DNA of 64,000 nucleotides from positions 2,343-66,342 of the forward strand of contig JANMHM010000012.1 in assembly GCA_031375155.1 (NCBI GenBank), given 5' to 3'. Position 1 is the stretch's first letter; each line of letters opens with the position of its first letter. A model generated the notes under the pieces. The model made no database searches, was not told the origin of the DNA, and worked only from the letters and a program-made list of their open reading frames with translations. Of the stretch, positions 63,903 through 64,000 are shown in pieces. The DNA comes from Candidatus Altimarinota bacterium. Its GTDB lineage: Bacteria; Patescibacteriota; Gracilibacteria; BD1-5; UBA2023. The position numbers were made by a program, and so were the translations under genes.

Positions 63903-64000
63903 ATGAAAATAAAAAATAGATATATACTTTGAGAAGGCGCTGAGCATCAAGTTACATCAGTAGAATGAGGAAAGTATGTGAGAAAGACTCCAATGACAGA
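63903..64000 (+). CDS. 5' end of a downstream gene (partial)
   Basis: ATG 63903, open to the window end with 2 TGA. Confidence 0.25.

Noticed and set aside
1-64000. TGA might encode tryptophan (table 4, Mycoplasma-like).
   Set aside because: TGA sits at invariant Gly positions (SGGVDS, KKGP, VGLGNPG, EAGGITQ, STGGFT) and not at Trp positions. TGG is still used for conserved Trp.

Overview
AT-rich window (about 40% GC by eye) from a bacterium that reads UGA as glycine (translation table 25, the code known from Gracilibacteria/Absconditabacteria in the CPR/Patescibacteria). The standard-code ORF track therefore splits most genes. I re-joined the fragments wherever in-frame TGA falls on conserved Gly positions and only TAA/TAG terminate. 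Main content: grpE, rRNA/tRNA-modification genes (rsmA, an RsmB/F-like gene, mnmA, tlyA) and a large ribosomal-protein superoperon. The first block of that operon is rplC to rplO and secY (6.0-17.1 kb). The second block is infA-rpmJ-rpsM-rpsK-rpsD-rpoA-rplQ-rplM-rpsI-rpsL-rpsG-rpmA-rpmF-nusB (31.9-38.5 kb). It has no rpsJ, rpmD, adk or map. The 14.7 kb between the two blocks carries an exonuclease, mnmA, a Fur/PerR-like oxidative-stress set (fur-ABC, dps, ahpC), infB, a lipoprotein and a two-gene orphan cassette flanked by 47-bp direct repeats. Downstream lie a fused Type IIG-like restriction-modification gene with an AlbA_2-type regulator, rnc, a cell-wall cluster (Fem-like, PBP), yebC and a GC-richer frameshifted secreted-protein gene. 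After those come orphan membrane proteins, tlyA-pth, pilT with a cNMP/GAF-like regulator, and a 1,328-aa LamG-type surface protein. The most unusual signals are: (1) short palindromic MITE-like elements inserted in frame into housekeeping genes (rsmA, mnmA, tlyA, probably others), comparable to Rickettsia palindromic elements; (2) a recurrent YCTAAAAYCTAAA leader and pyrimidine-rich start contexts with no Shine-Dalgarno; (3) a TGAGA-N5-TCTCA operator shared by fur, dps and ahpC; (4) the repeat-flanked orphan cassette. No rRNA, tRNA or CRISPR array was recognised. All similarity statements come from reading motifs by eye, not from searches.
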